Source: an uncultured Desulfocicer sp. (GTDB taxonomy: Bacteria > Desulfobacterota > Desulfobacteria > Desulfobacterales > SURF-7). Taken from it: a stretch of 51,443 nucleotides of DNA. The stretch spans positions 1 to 51,443 of the forward strand of contig CAYTGW010000002.1 in NCBI GenBank assembly GCA_964437395.1. Direction: 5' to 3'. The notes under the pieces are model-generated. The model was not told the origin of the DNA and did no database searches. It saw only the letters and a program-made list of their open reading frames with translations. The translations under genes and the position numbers were made by a program. Shown here piece by piece: positions 27,722 to 37,311 of this stretch; within the stretch, counting starts at the first letter, position 1, and each line of letters opens with the position of its first letter.

Positions 27722-29056
27722 ATGGTAACCACAAACAATCTCGATATGGATATAAAGTGGAACCATTATTTTCAGGCAGTTGAACAGTGTGCCTGCACTC
27801 GTCTTGAAGGCAAAATCGTTCAGGTTATCGGTCTGATTGCCGAAGGTCATGGCCTTGGGATGAGCATCGGCAGTTTGTGTAAAATTGAAAATGACCATGG
27901 TTTGCCCATTATTGCAGAAGTTGTCGGATTCAGAGAAGATAGAATTCTTCTTATGCCCTATGGAGAAACCATGGGAATCAAACCTGGAAGCCGTTTATCC
28001 TTTCTTGATAATAATCCAAGGGTTGCGGTTGGCGACAATTATATCGGACGTGTAATTGATGGCATGGGGAAGCCAATTGATGGACTGGGTCCTATAAAAC
28101 CTTCCGGTCATTATCCATTGTATGGAAAACGGATCAATCCCATGCACCGCAAGCATATCGATCAATTCATGGATGTCGGTATCACTGCCATTAATATGAT
28201 GGTACCTCTCGGCCGGGGCCAGAGGATCGCCATCATGGCAGGGTCAGGTGTCGGTAAAAGCCTTCTGATCGGTATGATGACCCGACATGCAAAAGCGGAT
28301 GTAACCATCGTCGGTTTAATCGGAGAAAGAGGGCGTGAAGTAAAAGAGTTTGTACAAGAGAATCTGGGTACTGAGGGTTTAAAAAAAGCGGTTGTTGTGG
28401 CAGCAACATCCGATTCTCCTCCTCTTATACGCATGCGAGGGGCCTATCTTGCGACCACTCTTGCTGAATATTTCATGAATCAGGGAAAAAACGTTTTATT
28501 GATTATCGACTCCATCACCCGTTTCGCCATGTCTTCTCGGGATGTCGGTCTGGCTGCTGGAGAACCGCCCACAAACCGAGGCTATACGCCTTCATTTTTT
28601 TCAAAAATCCCTATTCTCCTGGAAAGGGCAGGAAATGTCCAGAATAAAGGTAGCATTACCGGAATATATACGGTCCTTGTCGAAGGTGATGATTTGAATG
28701 ATCCGGTTGGTGACACGGTTCGATCCATTGTGGACGGTCATATTGTTCTGTCCAGAAAGCTGGCCAATCGTGGCCACTTTCCTGCAATCGATGTTCTTGA
28801 AAGCATCAGCAGAGTAACCAAAAATGTTGTCGGACCGGAACATTTAAAACTCAGGGAAAAAGCAATTGATATGATCGCTACCTATCGGGATGCCGAGGAT
28901 ATGATCACAATTGGTGCCTACAGAGACGGATCAGATCCAAACGTTGACTTTTCAAAAAAAGTAATGCCGGCCATGAATCACTTTCTCAAACAGGATATCT
29001 CTGAAACGATTCCGTATGAAGCCTCTATTGAGAGACTTCGAAAAATTATCACCTGA
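27722..29056 (+). CDS. fliI: flagellum-specific ATPase FliI
   Basis: Walker A GSGVGKS, Walker B LLIIDS, and F1/T3SS ATPase architecture. 444 aa. Confidence 0.95.
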   Translation: MVTTNNLDMDIKWNHYFQAVEQCACTRLEGKIVQVIGLIAEGHGLGMSIGSLCKIENDHGLPIIAEVVGFREDRILLMPYGETMGIKPGSRLSFLDNNPRVAVGDNYIGRVIDGMGKPIDGLGPIKPSGHYPLYGKRINPMHRKHIDQFMDVGITAINMMVPLGRGQRIAIMAGSGVGKSLLIGMMTRHAKADVTIVGLIGERGREVKEFVQENLGTEGLKKAVVVAATSDSPPLIRMRGAYLATTLAEYFMNQGKNVLLIIDSITRFAMSSRDVGLAAGEPPTNRGYTPSFFSKIPILLERAGNVQNKGSITGIYTVLVEGDDLNDPVGDTVRSIVDGHIVLSRKLANRGHFPAIDVLESISRVTKNVVGPEHLKLREKAIDMIATYRDAEDMITIGAYRDGSDPNVDFSKKVMPAMNHFLKQDISETIPYEASIERLRKIIT

Positions 29057-29102
29057 CCCATAACATTAAAACATCAACCGCTTTTCAGCATAAAAACACA
29101 GT

Positions 29103-29552
29103 ATGAAAAAATTCCGATTTCGTCTTCAATCCTTTCTTGGTTATCGAAAACATCTGGAACAGGAAGCCAAGCAGGCTGTCTCAATAACACAAACCAAAAT
29201 GAATGATTGTAAAAATCGAATCGATGCATACGAAATGAATCAACAAAAAAGTATCACGGAATTATATGATAAAATGTCCACTGGAATTGAAGCAAAGCAG
29301 ATACCCATCTACACTTCCTATCATGATCGACTCAGTTTCATTCTGAAAAATGAAAATATGCAGTATGCTCAATTAAAAAATGAGTTCTCCCATAAACAGA
29401 AAATTCTAAAGCAACGATCCGTGGAAAAAAAAGCCCTGGAAAATTTACAGCAGCGTAAAAAAGAGGAATATTATAAAAAAATTTCCGATTCCCTTCAAAA
29501 GGAATCCGAAGATATGAATATCATACGGAAAATCAGGGATACCCATAAATGA
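29103..29552 (+). CDS. fliJ: flagellar export chaperone-like protein FliJ
   Basis: 149-aa all-helical coiled-coil protein with a FRFRLQSFLGYRKHLE start, in the canonical position after fliI. Confidence 0.75.
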   Translation: MKKFRFRLQSFLGYRKHLEQEAKQAVSITQTKMNDCKNRIDAYEMNQQKSITELYDKMSTGIEAKQIPIYTSYHDRLSFILKNENMQYAQLKNEFSHKQKILKQRSVEKKALENLQQRKKEEYYKKISDSLQKESEDMNIIRKIRDTHK

Positions 29553-30304
29553 AAAAATCTTTCCAGCCTTTTCTCAAACTGCTTTTAATCGGCCTTGTTG
29601 CAACAAAGATCACCGCTTCTTTTTGTTTACTTTCCGATTTTGGTTTTGACTCTGCGCTGTTTCATATTCAACAACTTGCCCATGCAGAGGATCAAAAACA
29701 TGAAGGGCAGAAAAAAACAGAGGAGCAGAAAAAAAATGGAAAACCAGAAGAAAAACCAGAGGACTCGAAAAAACCGGATGAACATAAACAAAATGAAAAA
29801 ATAGAAGAAAAACCTTCATCCGAAGCTACTGCCGCTATACCGGAAAAAGAAGATACGACTACTACAGAAACAAAAGTTATGCTGAAAAGCCTCGAAAAAA
29901 AACGCCTCTTTCTTCAACAGGAAGAAATCCGAATTGGGGAAGAGAGAAAACAGATAGAGGCTTTAAAAGAAGAAATGGAAGAAAACCTCCTGAACCTGTC
30001 GAAAGTCCAAAAACAAATTGAAGAAAAACTGTTATTGATTGAAAAAAAAGAAACTGAAAAAGAACGTCTAAAAAGAGAAGCCAAACAAAAAAAACTGAAA
30101 CAGCTCCTCAAGATATACACGAGCATGAAACCCAAAGATGTTGGTACAATTATTAATAAATTGGATTTTGAAGACGCGTTGACAATCTTCCTCATGATGA
30201 AAGGTGATCAGGCTGCTAAAATACTGACCTATGTAAATACTGAACTTGCTGTAAAAATCAGTGAACAACTCATTAATGAAAAAAATCGTGTCCAGCCAAA
30301 ATGA
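29549..30304 (+). CDS. MgtE-N/FlbB-type flagellar protein (Bacillus YlxF / spirochaete FlbB position)
   Basis: N-terminal TM, a K/E-rich coiled coil, and a C-terminal MKPKDVGTIINKLDFEDALTIFLMMKGDQAAKIL MgtE-intracellular-N-like motif. ATGA overlap with fliJ. Confidence 0.7.
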   Translation: MKKSFQPFLKLLLIGLVATKITASFCLLSDFGFDSALFHIQQLAHAEDQKHEGQKKTEEQKKNGKPEEKPEDSKKPDEHKQNEKIEEKPSSEATAAIPEKEDTTTTETKVMLKSLEKKRLFLQQEEIRIGEERKQIEALKEEMEENLLNLSKVQKQIEEKLLLIEKKETEKERLKREAKQKKLKQLLKIYTSMKPKDVGTIINKLDFEDALTIFLMMKGDQAAKILTYVNTELAVKISEQLINEKNRVQPK

Positions 30305-30515
30305 AAAATTATATTCTTACAATCCGCTGTTTACCCTGCCATTGCCACCATTCTGTATAAATTCCGGACAAACCTTTCTATAGGAAAAATTTTCCGATTT
30401 CTAAAAGCCCTTCATGGAAATAACTGCTTCACACCATGCTTTTCAATTACTTTCGAAATCTCAATATTGACATATGTGTTTGAATTTATACCCGGGCATT
30501 GCAGCGCTCCTGCTT

Positions 30516-30530
30516 TGGCATACTCATTGC
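30516..30530 (+). promoter_or_regulatory. sigma54 promoter (-24/-12) for fliK-flgD-flgE
   Basis: TGGCAT-actca-TTGC(T) with correct GG-N10-GC spacing, 82 nt upstream of the fliK ATG. Confidence 0.7.
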
Positions 30531-30611
30531 TCACTATGCTTTCAAACTGAAACTCCAAATCATCATGTTTGGATTCAAAATCTGAAACCATTGTAAAGTT
30601 CAAGGCGATCC

Positions 30612-32279
30612 ATGATCTCTCAGGGTATACAACCGGAAACACTATTTAAAGAATTCCTATCGTTGAAAACAGGAAGCGAAAACAGTTCTTCTTCAACTCA
30701 TTCCTTTGGTGAGCTTTTTGCGAACCAGCTCCAAAATAGGAAGCAAAATCAGAACCTTTCTGCGTCTACTCTTTTCAATGGCCTGAAAATGACAACCGGA
30801 AATGAATTTCTGGAAAGTGTGAAACAATATCTCCAGGCCACTGGATTGAAACTGGAACAGATTTCTGCAGGTCAGGATTCGCTTACTGTACTAAAAAAAA
30901 TATTACTTTACAAAGGCTTTGATCGAGATGAAGTCAATTTTCTCTTTGATCAATTACAGACAACTGTAAATGGAAAACAGGTAAAATTATCAGATCTGTT
31001 TGCAAAATTACGCGAATTAAATGGAAACAAGGAAAACGAAGAACTATCCCTCCTGTTACCCAGTTCTTCACTTCCTTTTTTCCAAACCCTTTTACCCCTG
31101 CTGGGCCTTGATGAACAAACAATGGAATCTTCTCTTTCCTATGCAAAAACACAAAGCGGTAACATCAATTTAGAACGATTGGTGTCTTTTTTAAAAGGGC
31201 TGGGAACAATTCATACAGATACCGGGGAACCAAAACAGTTGCCGAATAATGTTACACAAATATTGAAGAGCATGGGTCTCCCAGTATTGACAGATAAGGA
31301 AAACAAACTATCCCTTTCTCAATTTGTTTCCAGGCTTGAAATCATGCTGTATGAAAACGCGAGCAAAAGCACTTCTGAAACACATTTAAAAAATGACCTG
31401 ATTGGATTTCTAAAAAATCTGAATGTGAATCATGTTTTTTCGGATAATCATTTATTAACCGAGAACCTAACCCGTCTGAAAAGCACAAATCCTCTTGAAG
31501 CCTCAAAATTCAAAACCGACCATAAAAGTTCACTTTTCTCACGAAATGAAACAGCCAGATCTGCAGCAATCAACAATGAGCACTCTGCCGAAAAACCATA
31601 TGACTCCTTGAATCACGAAAATCCTTTTCAGGGAAGAAATTATTCATCCCTCCTTGATGATACAGCAGACAAGAACAAAGAAAATCTGCTCAAGTCATCT
31701 ATTCAGGAACAATTTGAAAAAACCATGGATAATGAAAATGGGCAGCAGGAGATTGATGCCACTTTGAAAGTCGGACTTCTCGGAAGTGATAAAAAGGAAA
31801 CACACTCGGTTGTAAACAACACAGTGACTTCAGAAAAATCTTTACCTGCCTATGTTATGAATCAGGTCAGCAAACAAATCCTTCGATCATTTCAAGATGG
31901 TTTGAATGAAATTCGGCTCCAGTTAAAGCCTCCGCATCTTGGAAGAATTCAGATTCATTTAAAAAATGAAACCGACGGCTTGAAGGTGAGTATCCTTGCC
32001 GAAAACAATACAACACAAAAACTTTTAAAAACCCATACATCCGAATTAAAAGCTGCCCTTCTGGAACATGGAATCCGTCTGGAAAAAATTGATGTTCAAG
32101 TCTCTTTTAACTTTGACCAGTCCATGTCCCAGGCAAAACAGGATTCACGGAAAGCGCCCCATAAAAATGAACTGATTTTCAGTCTGGACAACAAATCTGA
32201 AACAGCCGGCTTCATCGCTCCACAGCATCGTGATCCTTTAATCTGGAGAAATACAGGCATCCTTGATCTGGTTGCATGA
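30612..32279 (+). CDS. fliK: flagellar hook-length control protein FliK
   Basis: Low-complexity N-terminal ruler region. C-terminal Flg_hook domain (IRLQLKPPHLGRIQIHLKNETDGLKVSILAEN..T...L......LK..L...G). Located upstream of flgD and flgE. Confidence 0.85.
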   Translation: MISQGIQPETLFKEFLSLKTGSENSSSSTHSFGELFANQLQNRKQNQNLSASTLFNGLKMTTGNEFLESVKQYLQATGLKLEQISAGQDSLTVLKKILLYKGFDRDEVNFLFDQLQTTVNGKQVKLSDLFAKLRELNGNKENEELSLLLPSSSLPFFQTLLPLLGLDEQTMESSLSYAKTQSGNINLERLVSFLKGLGTIHTDTGEPKQLPNNVTQILKSMGLPVLTDKENKLSLSQFVSRLEIMLYENASKSTSETHLKNDLIGFLKNLNVNHVFSDNHLLTENLTRLKSTNPLEASKFKTDHKSSLFSRNETARSAAINNEHSAEKPYDSLNHENPFQGRNYSSLLDDTADKNKENLLKSSIQEQFEKTMDNENGQQEIDATLKVGLLGSDKKETHSVVNNTVTSEKSLPAYVMNQVSKQILRSFQDGLNEIRLQLKPPHLGRIQIHLKNETDGLKVSILAENNTTQKLLKTHTSELKAALLEHGIRLEKIDVQVSFNFDQSMSQAKQDSRKAPHKNELIFSLDNKSETAGFIAPQHRDPLIWRNTGILDLVA

Positions 32280-32342
32280 TGACCGTCATCTTTTTTTATT
32301 ATAATAATTGTCCGATCATTCGATTTTCCTATGGAGGATAAA

Positions 32343-33053
32343 ATGAACGTAACTCAAACCGCATACGGAAACAGCAACATAAATAAACTTTTTACCGGGC
32401 ATACCGAAGAAGTTGAGGAAAAAAAAGACCCCTTGGGAAGAGATGCTTTTTTAACCATGCTGGTGGCTCAACTTCGAAATCAAGATCCGTTGAATCCCAT
32501 GGAAGGAACAGATTTCACAGCCCAATTAGCCGAATTTTCAGCACTTGAACAGCAATTTACTATCAATGATAATCTGGAAGCGATACTCGATGCGCTAAAA
32601 CCCAAAACCCAGGATAATCTGATGGATTTTATCGGTAAAGAGGTCATGGGAGAATCCAATACCATATCCTCTTCAAATGGAAGTACCACCACTGGATACT
32701 ACACCATTGAAGACTCAGCCGATGTTGCGATTGCCATTTACGATCAAGAAGGAACCTTGATTCAAAATATTTATTCTGGCCAAAAAGAGGCCGGAACACA
32801 CCCCATCCAATGGGATGGTAAAAATCTGGAAGGAGCGATAGTACCGGATGGCACCTACAATTTCGAAATTATGGCCTTGAATGACATCGGAGGATATATT
32901 GAGGCCAAAACCACCGTAGAAGGAAAAGTAACCGGTGTAACCTATGAACATGATATTCCGTATCTTCAGATCGGGGATAGACTTCTGGATCCTTCGACGG
33001 TTACAAGAATACTTCTACCCCCGGAAGAGGATGAAGCAGCCGAGAGTACCTGA
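32343..33053 (+). CDS. flgD: flagellar hook capping/assembly protein FlgD
   Basis: DAFLTMLVAQLRNQDPLNPM signature and a FlgD Ig-like C-terminal domain. GGAGGA precedes ATG 32343. ATG 32331 is an in-frame alternative. Confidence 0.92.
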   Translation: MNVTQTAYGNSNINKLFTGHTEEVEEKKDPLGRDAFLTMLVAQLRNQDPLNPMEGTDFTAQLAEFSALEQQFTINDNLEAILDALKPKTQDNLMDFIGKEVMGESNTISSSNGSTTTGYYTIEDSADVAIAIYDQEGTLIQNIYSGQKEAGTHPIQWDGKNLEGAIVPDGTYNFEIMALNDIGGYIEAKTTVEGKVTGVTYEHDIPYLQIGDRLLDPSTVTRILLPPEEDEAAEST

Positions 33054-33102
33054 AGCTTTTCTATACTAACCATTTAAAATCACCGTTAAGGAGGAATAAA
33101 AG

Positions 33103-36100
33103 ATGTCTCTAACCAGCTCATTGTTCTCAGGAATCAGCGGAATGACCAACCTGGGAAATGCCATGCAAATCATCGGTGATAATATCGCAAATGTCAATAC
33201 AACCGCATTTAAAGGCAGTAATTATGTTTTTCAGGATCTCCTGAGTCAACAAATTGCAACTCAGTCGGGTACAGCCCAGGTAGGACGAGGTATGGCACTT
33301 GGAGAAGTTGCTTCTGTTTTCGAACAGGGATCGTTTGAGTCTACCGGAAATACAACTGATCTGGCCATTGGCGGCGATGGTTTTTTTGTTCTTCGGGAAT
33401 CCACATCAGAAGAGTTATATTATTCCAGAGCCGGAAATTTTAAATTCGACCGGGACGGAGTTTTAATTAACTCGGTGGGATATGTTGCTCAGGGTTGGGC
33501 GCTGGATGATGATGGCGATGAGGTCGGTTCCGTTACCGATATCAAGCTGGCCTCCTTTACCTCACCGCCCAAAATAAGTGAAAGTCTCACCATGATAACC
33601 AATCTGGATTCTGACGCACTCAGTCAATCTGTTGTTCTGGCAAATGCATGGGATGCGGAAGAAACAACTCCCATAGTCGGTTCCGCTTATAATTATCAAT
33701 CGGTTGTAAAGGTATATGATTCACTTGGAAGTACCCACGATATTACCATCTATTATGACAAACAATCCGAATCCAAATGGGAGTACATTGTCACCTGTAA
33801 TCCGGAAGAAGATAAAAGGGGACTGGTTCAGGAAACTTCCGCAAAAGGGCTCCTGGCAAAGGGGGAAATTACATTCTCGGACAGCAGTGGAACAATTTCC
33901 AACCTGACCATGAGGCAATTTACCGGCAGAATCGGAAATATTTCTGCCGACGGAGCCATCACAAATGAGACAACCAATTTTACCATCAACAATTATGATG
34001 CTCTGTCTCTGGATGGATATAATTTCAGTCTTGAATTCGATGGAACCAACTGGTCTTTTGAAGATTCTGCAGCACCCATTGGTGCATTAACTGCTTCCGA
34101 TCTTCCGACAAATTACCCGTTTGCCACTATTATAAGTGGTGATGCCAACGGTATTCAGATTAATCTGGACGGAGATACGGACAGAACAGCCGACCTTACC
34201 ATCTCATTTTCAACACCAGCCCAGGCCACTGATGCACTGACTTTTGATATTATCAGTCCGCAGAATATTCATATTCAGGATGTGATCAACACCCAATATA
34301 TTGGAGATACCGGAAACGAAAATACCCAGCTTGATATCAACCATCCGGAAGTTCTGACCACTGACTCCTCAGATTTGCGTATCAATTGGGATGCCAGTGA
34401 ACAGGACTGGTATTGGGCAATGCCTCTGCTTCAAAACGTTACAACTATGAATACAGCCAGTTTATCACCCGCTGCCCTGACCGGATCAGTCAATGTAACC
34501 AATGCTTCCGTCATGACCAGTTATTCTGAAGATACTACCGTATGGTTTGACAACAATACCGGTCTCTGGAATTTTATCTCTCCCTATGCCCGGGATTTAA
34601 CCAATCAGAGCTACACCGGAGGCATTACCGAAGCAAACACCTCCATTTTGGTAGCAGATCCTACAGTTTTGGAAAACCATTCCACCGGTATTACACTTGC
34701 CTGGGACAATATCGTGGGAATGACCAATCTTGCATACAGCAACACCAGTGGATCTAATGAAATCCTTGCAACCAATACAACTGTAACCGTTTCCCAGGAA
34801 GAAAACTTTACAAGGGATTCCAGCATTACCTATATTCTGGAATATGATGGAGTAGGAGATACCTGGGGTTGGGGAGCCGGTGGAGATCCGGTAGTGGATT
34901 ATTTGAGCAGACAAACTCCTACATGGGATTCGGTTTCCCAGCGTTTAAGTGTTGATCTTTCCGGTTCGGGAGCAGATTTCCTAGTCGACTTTTCTTTTGC
35001 CGGCGGCCTAACCGCAGCTTCTGACGGAGATACCATTTCCTTCCAAATTGATGCCGATGGCGCTTGGACCTGGGCCATGCCGACCTATAGTATTTCCAGT
35101 ACCACCGGTGGTGTTGTTTCGACCAACATAACTGGAAATATTTCTTCCTCTCTTACTGCACCTGCAGCTTACTATGATTCATCTTCGGATGTGGGCGGAC
35201 CTGAATATAATCTGGTTTTTACCAGTGCTACCAACACCTGGAGCTGGGATGCTGCCGGACACACTCCTGCCACAGGAGGTGCGGGAGCGACAACCGGTTC
35301 CTATGATTCTGAAACCTTTATCGTAAACAACGAAAATGAGGTTTCCATTGATCTTGACGCTGATGGTTTGGCCGATGTCACCTACACCTTTACGATCCCT
35401 TTAACCGCAGACGGCACCTTGAATTTTTCCATTGATGCAATCGGCAATCCTCCACCCGAATATTCTTCTGCGAGTATCTCCTCCACTTCAGGATCCGACA
35501 TATTGAGCATTGATATGACCGGAAACGGAACCTCGGATCTGGTGTTAAGCTTTCTCTCCCCCTTAAACTCCAACGGTACCATCACTTTTGATGTTGATAC
35601 CCATATTCCACCGTTCGAATACCCAAATGCCTCCATTGACAATGTTTCTTCGAATGCCAGTGCTCTCTATATGGACCTGAATGGAGACAGCATCAATGAT
35701 ATCAATTTTTCATTTCTTGCTGCAGGAATACCCCAGTCCCTGACTGGTAACGGAACATTTGTCTTTGATATCGATCCCAGGGTTCCGCCGACTGAATACT
35801 CCTATGCGACCATCTCCGGTGATACGGATGAAGTTATGATTGACTTGAACAATGATGGTGAAGATGACATCACTTTCACTTTTCTCACACCTTTACCAAC
35901 TGGAGCATCCGCACAGGATAGTGCCATCACATTTGATATTGAGGGAACAACTGCATGGACTGCCGTCCCTACGAATTCAAACGGGTATTACGAATTTATG
36001 GTGGATTTCCAGGGAGGCGAAATCGGTGTGACCGAGAACGACCTGGAGTTCAACATTGGTACCAAGGATGATGGAACCGGTCAATTTATCAATGATTCTC

Positions 36101-36522
36101 TCACAACCACTCAATATGCACGGTCATCTACAACGACATTCCAATCCGCCGATGGATATGGAGCAGGTGATCTTGAAGGAGTTGATGTGGATACGGACGG
36201 CTCCATGACCGGCATCTATTCAAATGGTCAACTTATACCGCTTTACCGCATCGCTCTCGCCCATTTTCTGAATGAGCATGGACTATCCAAACTGGGAGGC
36301 AACCTGTATCGTGAAACCAGGGACAGTGGAACCGCCATCACCAATAAACCAGGCACAAACGGTCTTGGAAGCATTACACCCAACTCTCTAGAACAGTCTA
36401 ATGTAGATATTGCCAACGAATTCGTAAAGATGATTACTACCCAGCGGGCTTTCCAGGCTAACTCGAAAATTGTGACCACTGTCGATGCCATGCTTGGTGA
36501 AGTGATCAATATGAAACGGTAA
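33103..36522 (+). CDS. flgE: flagellar hook protein FlgE, giant form (1139 aa)
   Basis: Canonical N-terminus (LFSGISGMTNLGNAMQIIGDNIANVNTTAFKG) and C-terminus (SLEQSNVDIANEFVKMITTQRAFQANSKIV). It follows flgD. About 700 aa of extra sequence lie between the conserved blocks. Confidence 0.9.
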   Translation: MSLTSSLFSGISGMTNLGNAMQIIGDNIANVNTTAFKGSNYVFQDLLSQQIATQSGTAQVGRGMALGEVASVFEQGSFESTGNTTDLAIGGDGFFVLRESTSEELYYSRAGNFKFDRDGVLINSVGYVAQGWALDDDGDEVGSVTDIKLASFTSPPKISESLTMITNLDSDALSQSVVLANAWDAEETTPIVGSAYNYQSVVKVYDSLGSTHDITIYYDKQSESKWEYIVTCNPEEDKRGLVQETSAKGLLAKGEITFSDSSGTISNLTMRQFTGRIGNISADGAITNETTNFTINNYDALSLDGYNFSLEFDGTNWSFEDSAAPIGALTASDLPTNYPFATIISGDANGIQINLDGDTDRTADLTISFSTPAQATDALTFDIISPQNIHIQDVINTQYIGDTGNENTQLDINHPEVLTTDSSDLRINWDASEQDWYWAMPLLQNVTTMNTASLSPAALTGSVNVTNASVMTSYSEDTTVWFDNNTGLWNFISPYARDLTNQSYTGGITEANTSILVADPTVLENHSTGITLAWDNIVGMTNLAYSNTSGSNEILATNTTVTVSQEENFTRDSSITYILEYDGVGDTWGWGAGGDPVVDYLSRQTPTWDSVSQRLSVDLSGSGADFLVDFSFAGGLTAASDGDTISFQIDADGAWTWAMPTYSISSTTGGVVSTNITGNISSSLTAPAAYYDSSSDVGGPEYNLVFTSATNTWSWDAAGHTPATGGAGATTGSYDSETFIVNNENEVSIDLDADGLADVTYTFTIPLTADGTLNFSIDAIGNPPPEYSSASISSTSGSDILSIDMTGNGTSDLVLSFLSPLNSNGTITFDVDTHIPPFEYPNASIDNVSSNASALYMDLNGDSINDINFSFLAAGIPQSLTGNGTFVFDIDPRVPPTEYSYATISGDTDEVMIDLNNDGEDDITFTFLTPLPTGASAQDSAITFDIEGTTAWTAVPTNSNGYYEFMVDFQGGEIGVTENDLEFNIGTKDDGTGQFINDSLTTTQYARSSTTTFQSADGYGAGDLEGVDVDTDGSMTGIYSNGQLIPLYRIALAHFLNEHGLSKLGGNLYRETRDSGTAITNKPGTNGLGSITPNSLEQSNVDIANEFVKMITTQRAFQANSKIVTTVDAMLGEVINMKR
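35341..35946 (+). repeat. four tandem ~53-56-aa coding modules inside flgE
   Basis: The modules begin at 35341, ~35500, ~35662 and ~35831. Pattern: (I/M)DL(D/N)xDGxxD(V/I)xF(T/S)F..(8-12)..G(T/A)(I/L)xFx(I/V)D....PPxEY.xA(S/T)I. More diverged copies occur near 34150-34258 and 34942-35057. Confidence 0.85.
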
Positions 36523-36556
36523 ACAATCGTAAGCACCTGAATTCTGTCCGATATAA

Positions 36557-36597
36557 ATCAGGAAAAGAAGTCTCTTTCTTTTCCTGATTTTTTTTAT
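36557..36597 (+). terminator. rho-independent terminator after flgE
   Basis: A 13-bp stem (ATCAGGAAAAGAA at 36557-36569 with TTCTTTTCCTGAT at 36576-36588), a 6-nt loop, then a T9 run. Confidence 0.85.
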
Positions 36598-36732
36598 CCA
36601 TTTTTCAAGTGTGCATGCTGAAGCCACTCTGTTTTCTTCTTTTTCACTGGTAAGGGGTGTTGTTCCCACTTCACTACTGCCGGTTTCATTTATATCAATG
36701 TCTCATATCTTTATTGAGATTCTCATTATGGT

Positions 36733-37029
36733 ATGGTACAAGCCGGAGCTATGATCTGGCTGGCGGATGTCACGGCATCTGTTCTTGCATTAATCGGAAA
36801 GAGTGTTGGGGATGATGGAAAGGGTTTTCCTCTGGCGATTGATCTTCATACAACGCTGATCAGCAACCAGAAAGATGGAGAAATCAAAGCAGAAGCCCGA
36901 TTTGTTCGCAGAGGCCAAAATGTCCTGGTGATCAGAACGACAATCATTAGAAATGGCAATCGCTTATTGGCAGAAGTTACTTCAACGCATCTATTCGCTC
37001 ATTCGAGTGCTTTCGCCAGACCCGCGTGA
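36733..37029 (+). pseudogene. N-terminally truncated PaaI/4HBT hotdog-fold thioesterase remnant
   Basis: GMVQAGAMIWLADVTAS aligns with the N.xGxxHGG....LAD core of PaaI-type thioesterases, followed by the ..A.A....GR.... strands. About 40 N-terminal residues and the HGG motif are missing. No RBS. Confidence 0.45.
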
Positions 37030-37180
37030 TGTAATAGTCTGTATCCAAAACGAATACCCAATGGCGATTCAGAACCATCCCCTCAATCATCAGGATCATC
37101 CAGGGGGAAAAGGTTGAGAATGTCGATCAAGCTCATATTGTAAATCTCTTATTTGAGCTAATTTCAAAACTATTAAAAAG

Positions 37181-37255
37181 CGTCACACCGGCGAAAGTCG
37201 GTGCCCAGAAAAGAGCCGAAAATACTGGATAGCGCTACGCTTCACTGCGTGTCTA
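37181..37255. repeat. possible short interspersed palindromic element
   Basis: GTCACACCGGCGAAAGTCGGTGCCCAG ... CTGGATAGCGCTACGCTTCACTGCGTGTC. There is a local CACCG/CGGTG hairpin at 37186-37203. By eye the architecture resembles small dispersed REP/MITE-like elements. It lies just downstream of the minus-strand repeat-protein gene. Confidence 0.25.
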
Positions 37256-37311
37256 GTTTTCACCGGAACTACAACAACAGACTTTTGAAATTGGCTCATT
37301 TGAAATGGAAC

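Noticed and set aside
30412-30642. 76-aa minus-strand ORF in the ylxF-fliK intergenic region
   Set aside because: It overlaps the fliK start codon and contains the plus-strand sigma54 promoter (30516-30530) within its body. It has no RBS and no recognisable family; a faint HicB-like look did not hold up on inspection. It is most likely a chance ORF in a promoter region.
33900-35250. Very high density of N-x-S/T sequons in the FlgE insertion, suggesting possible N-glycosylation
   Set aside because: The region is strongly Asn/Thr/Ser-biased, so sequons are expected by composition. Only two fit the extended bacterial D/E-x-N-x-S/T sequon (EANTS, EENFT). No glycosylation genes are in the window.
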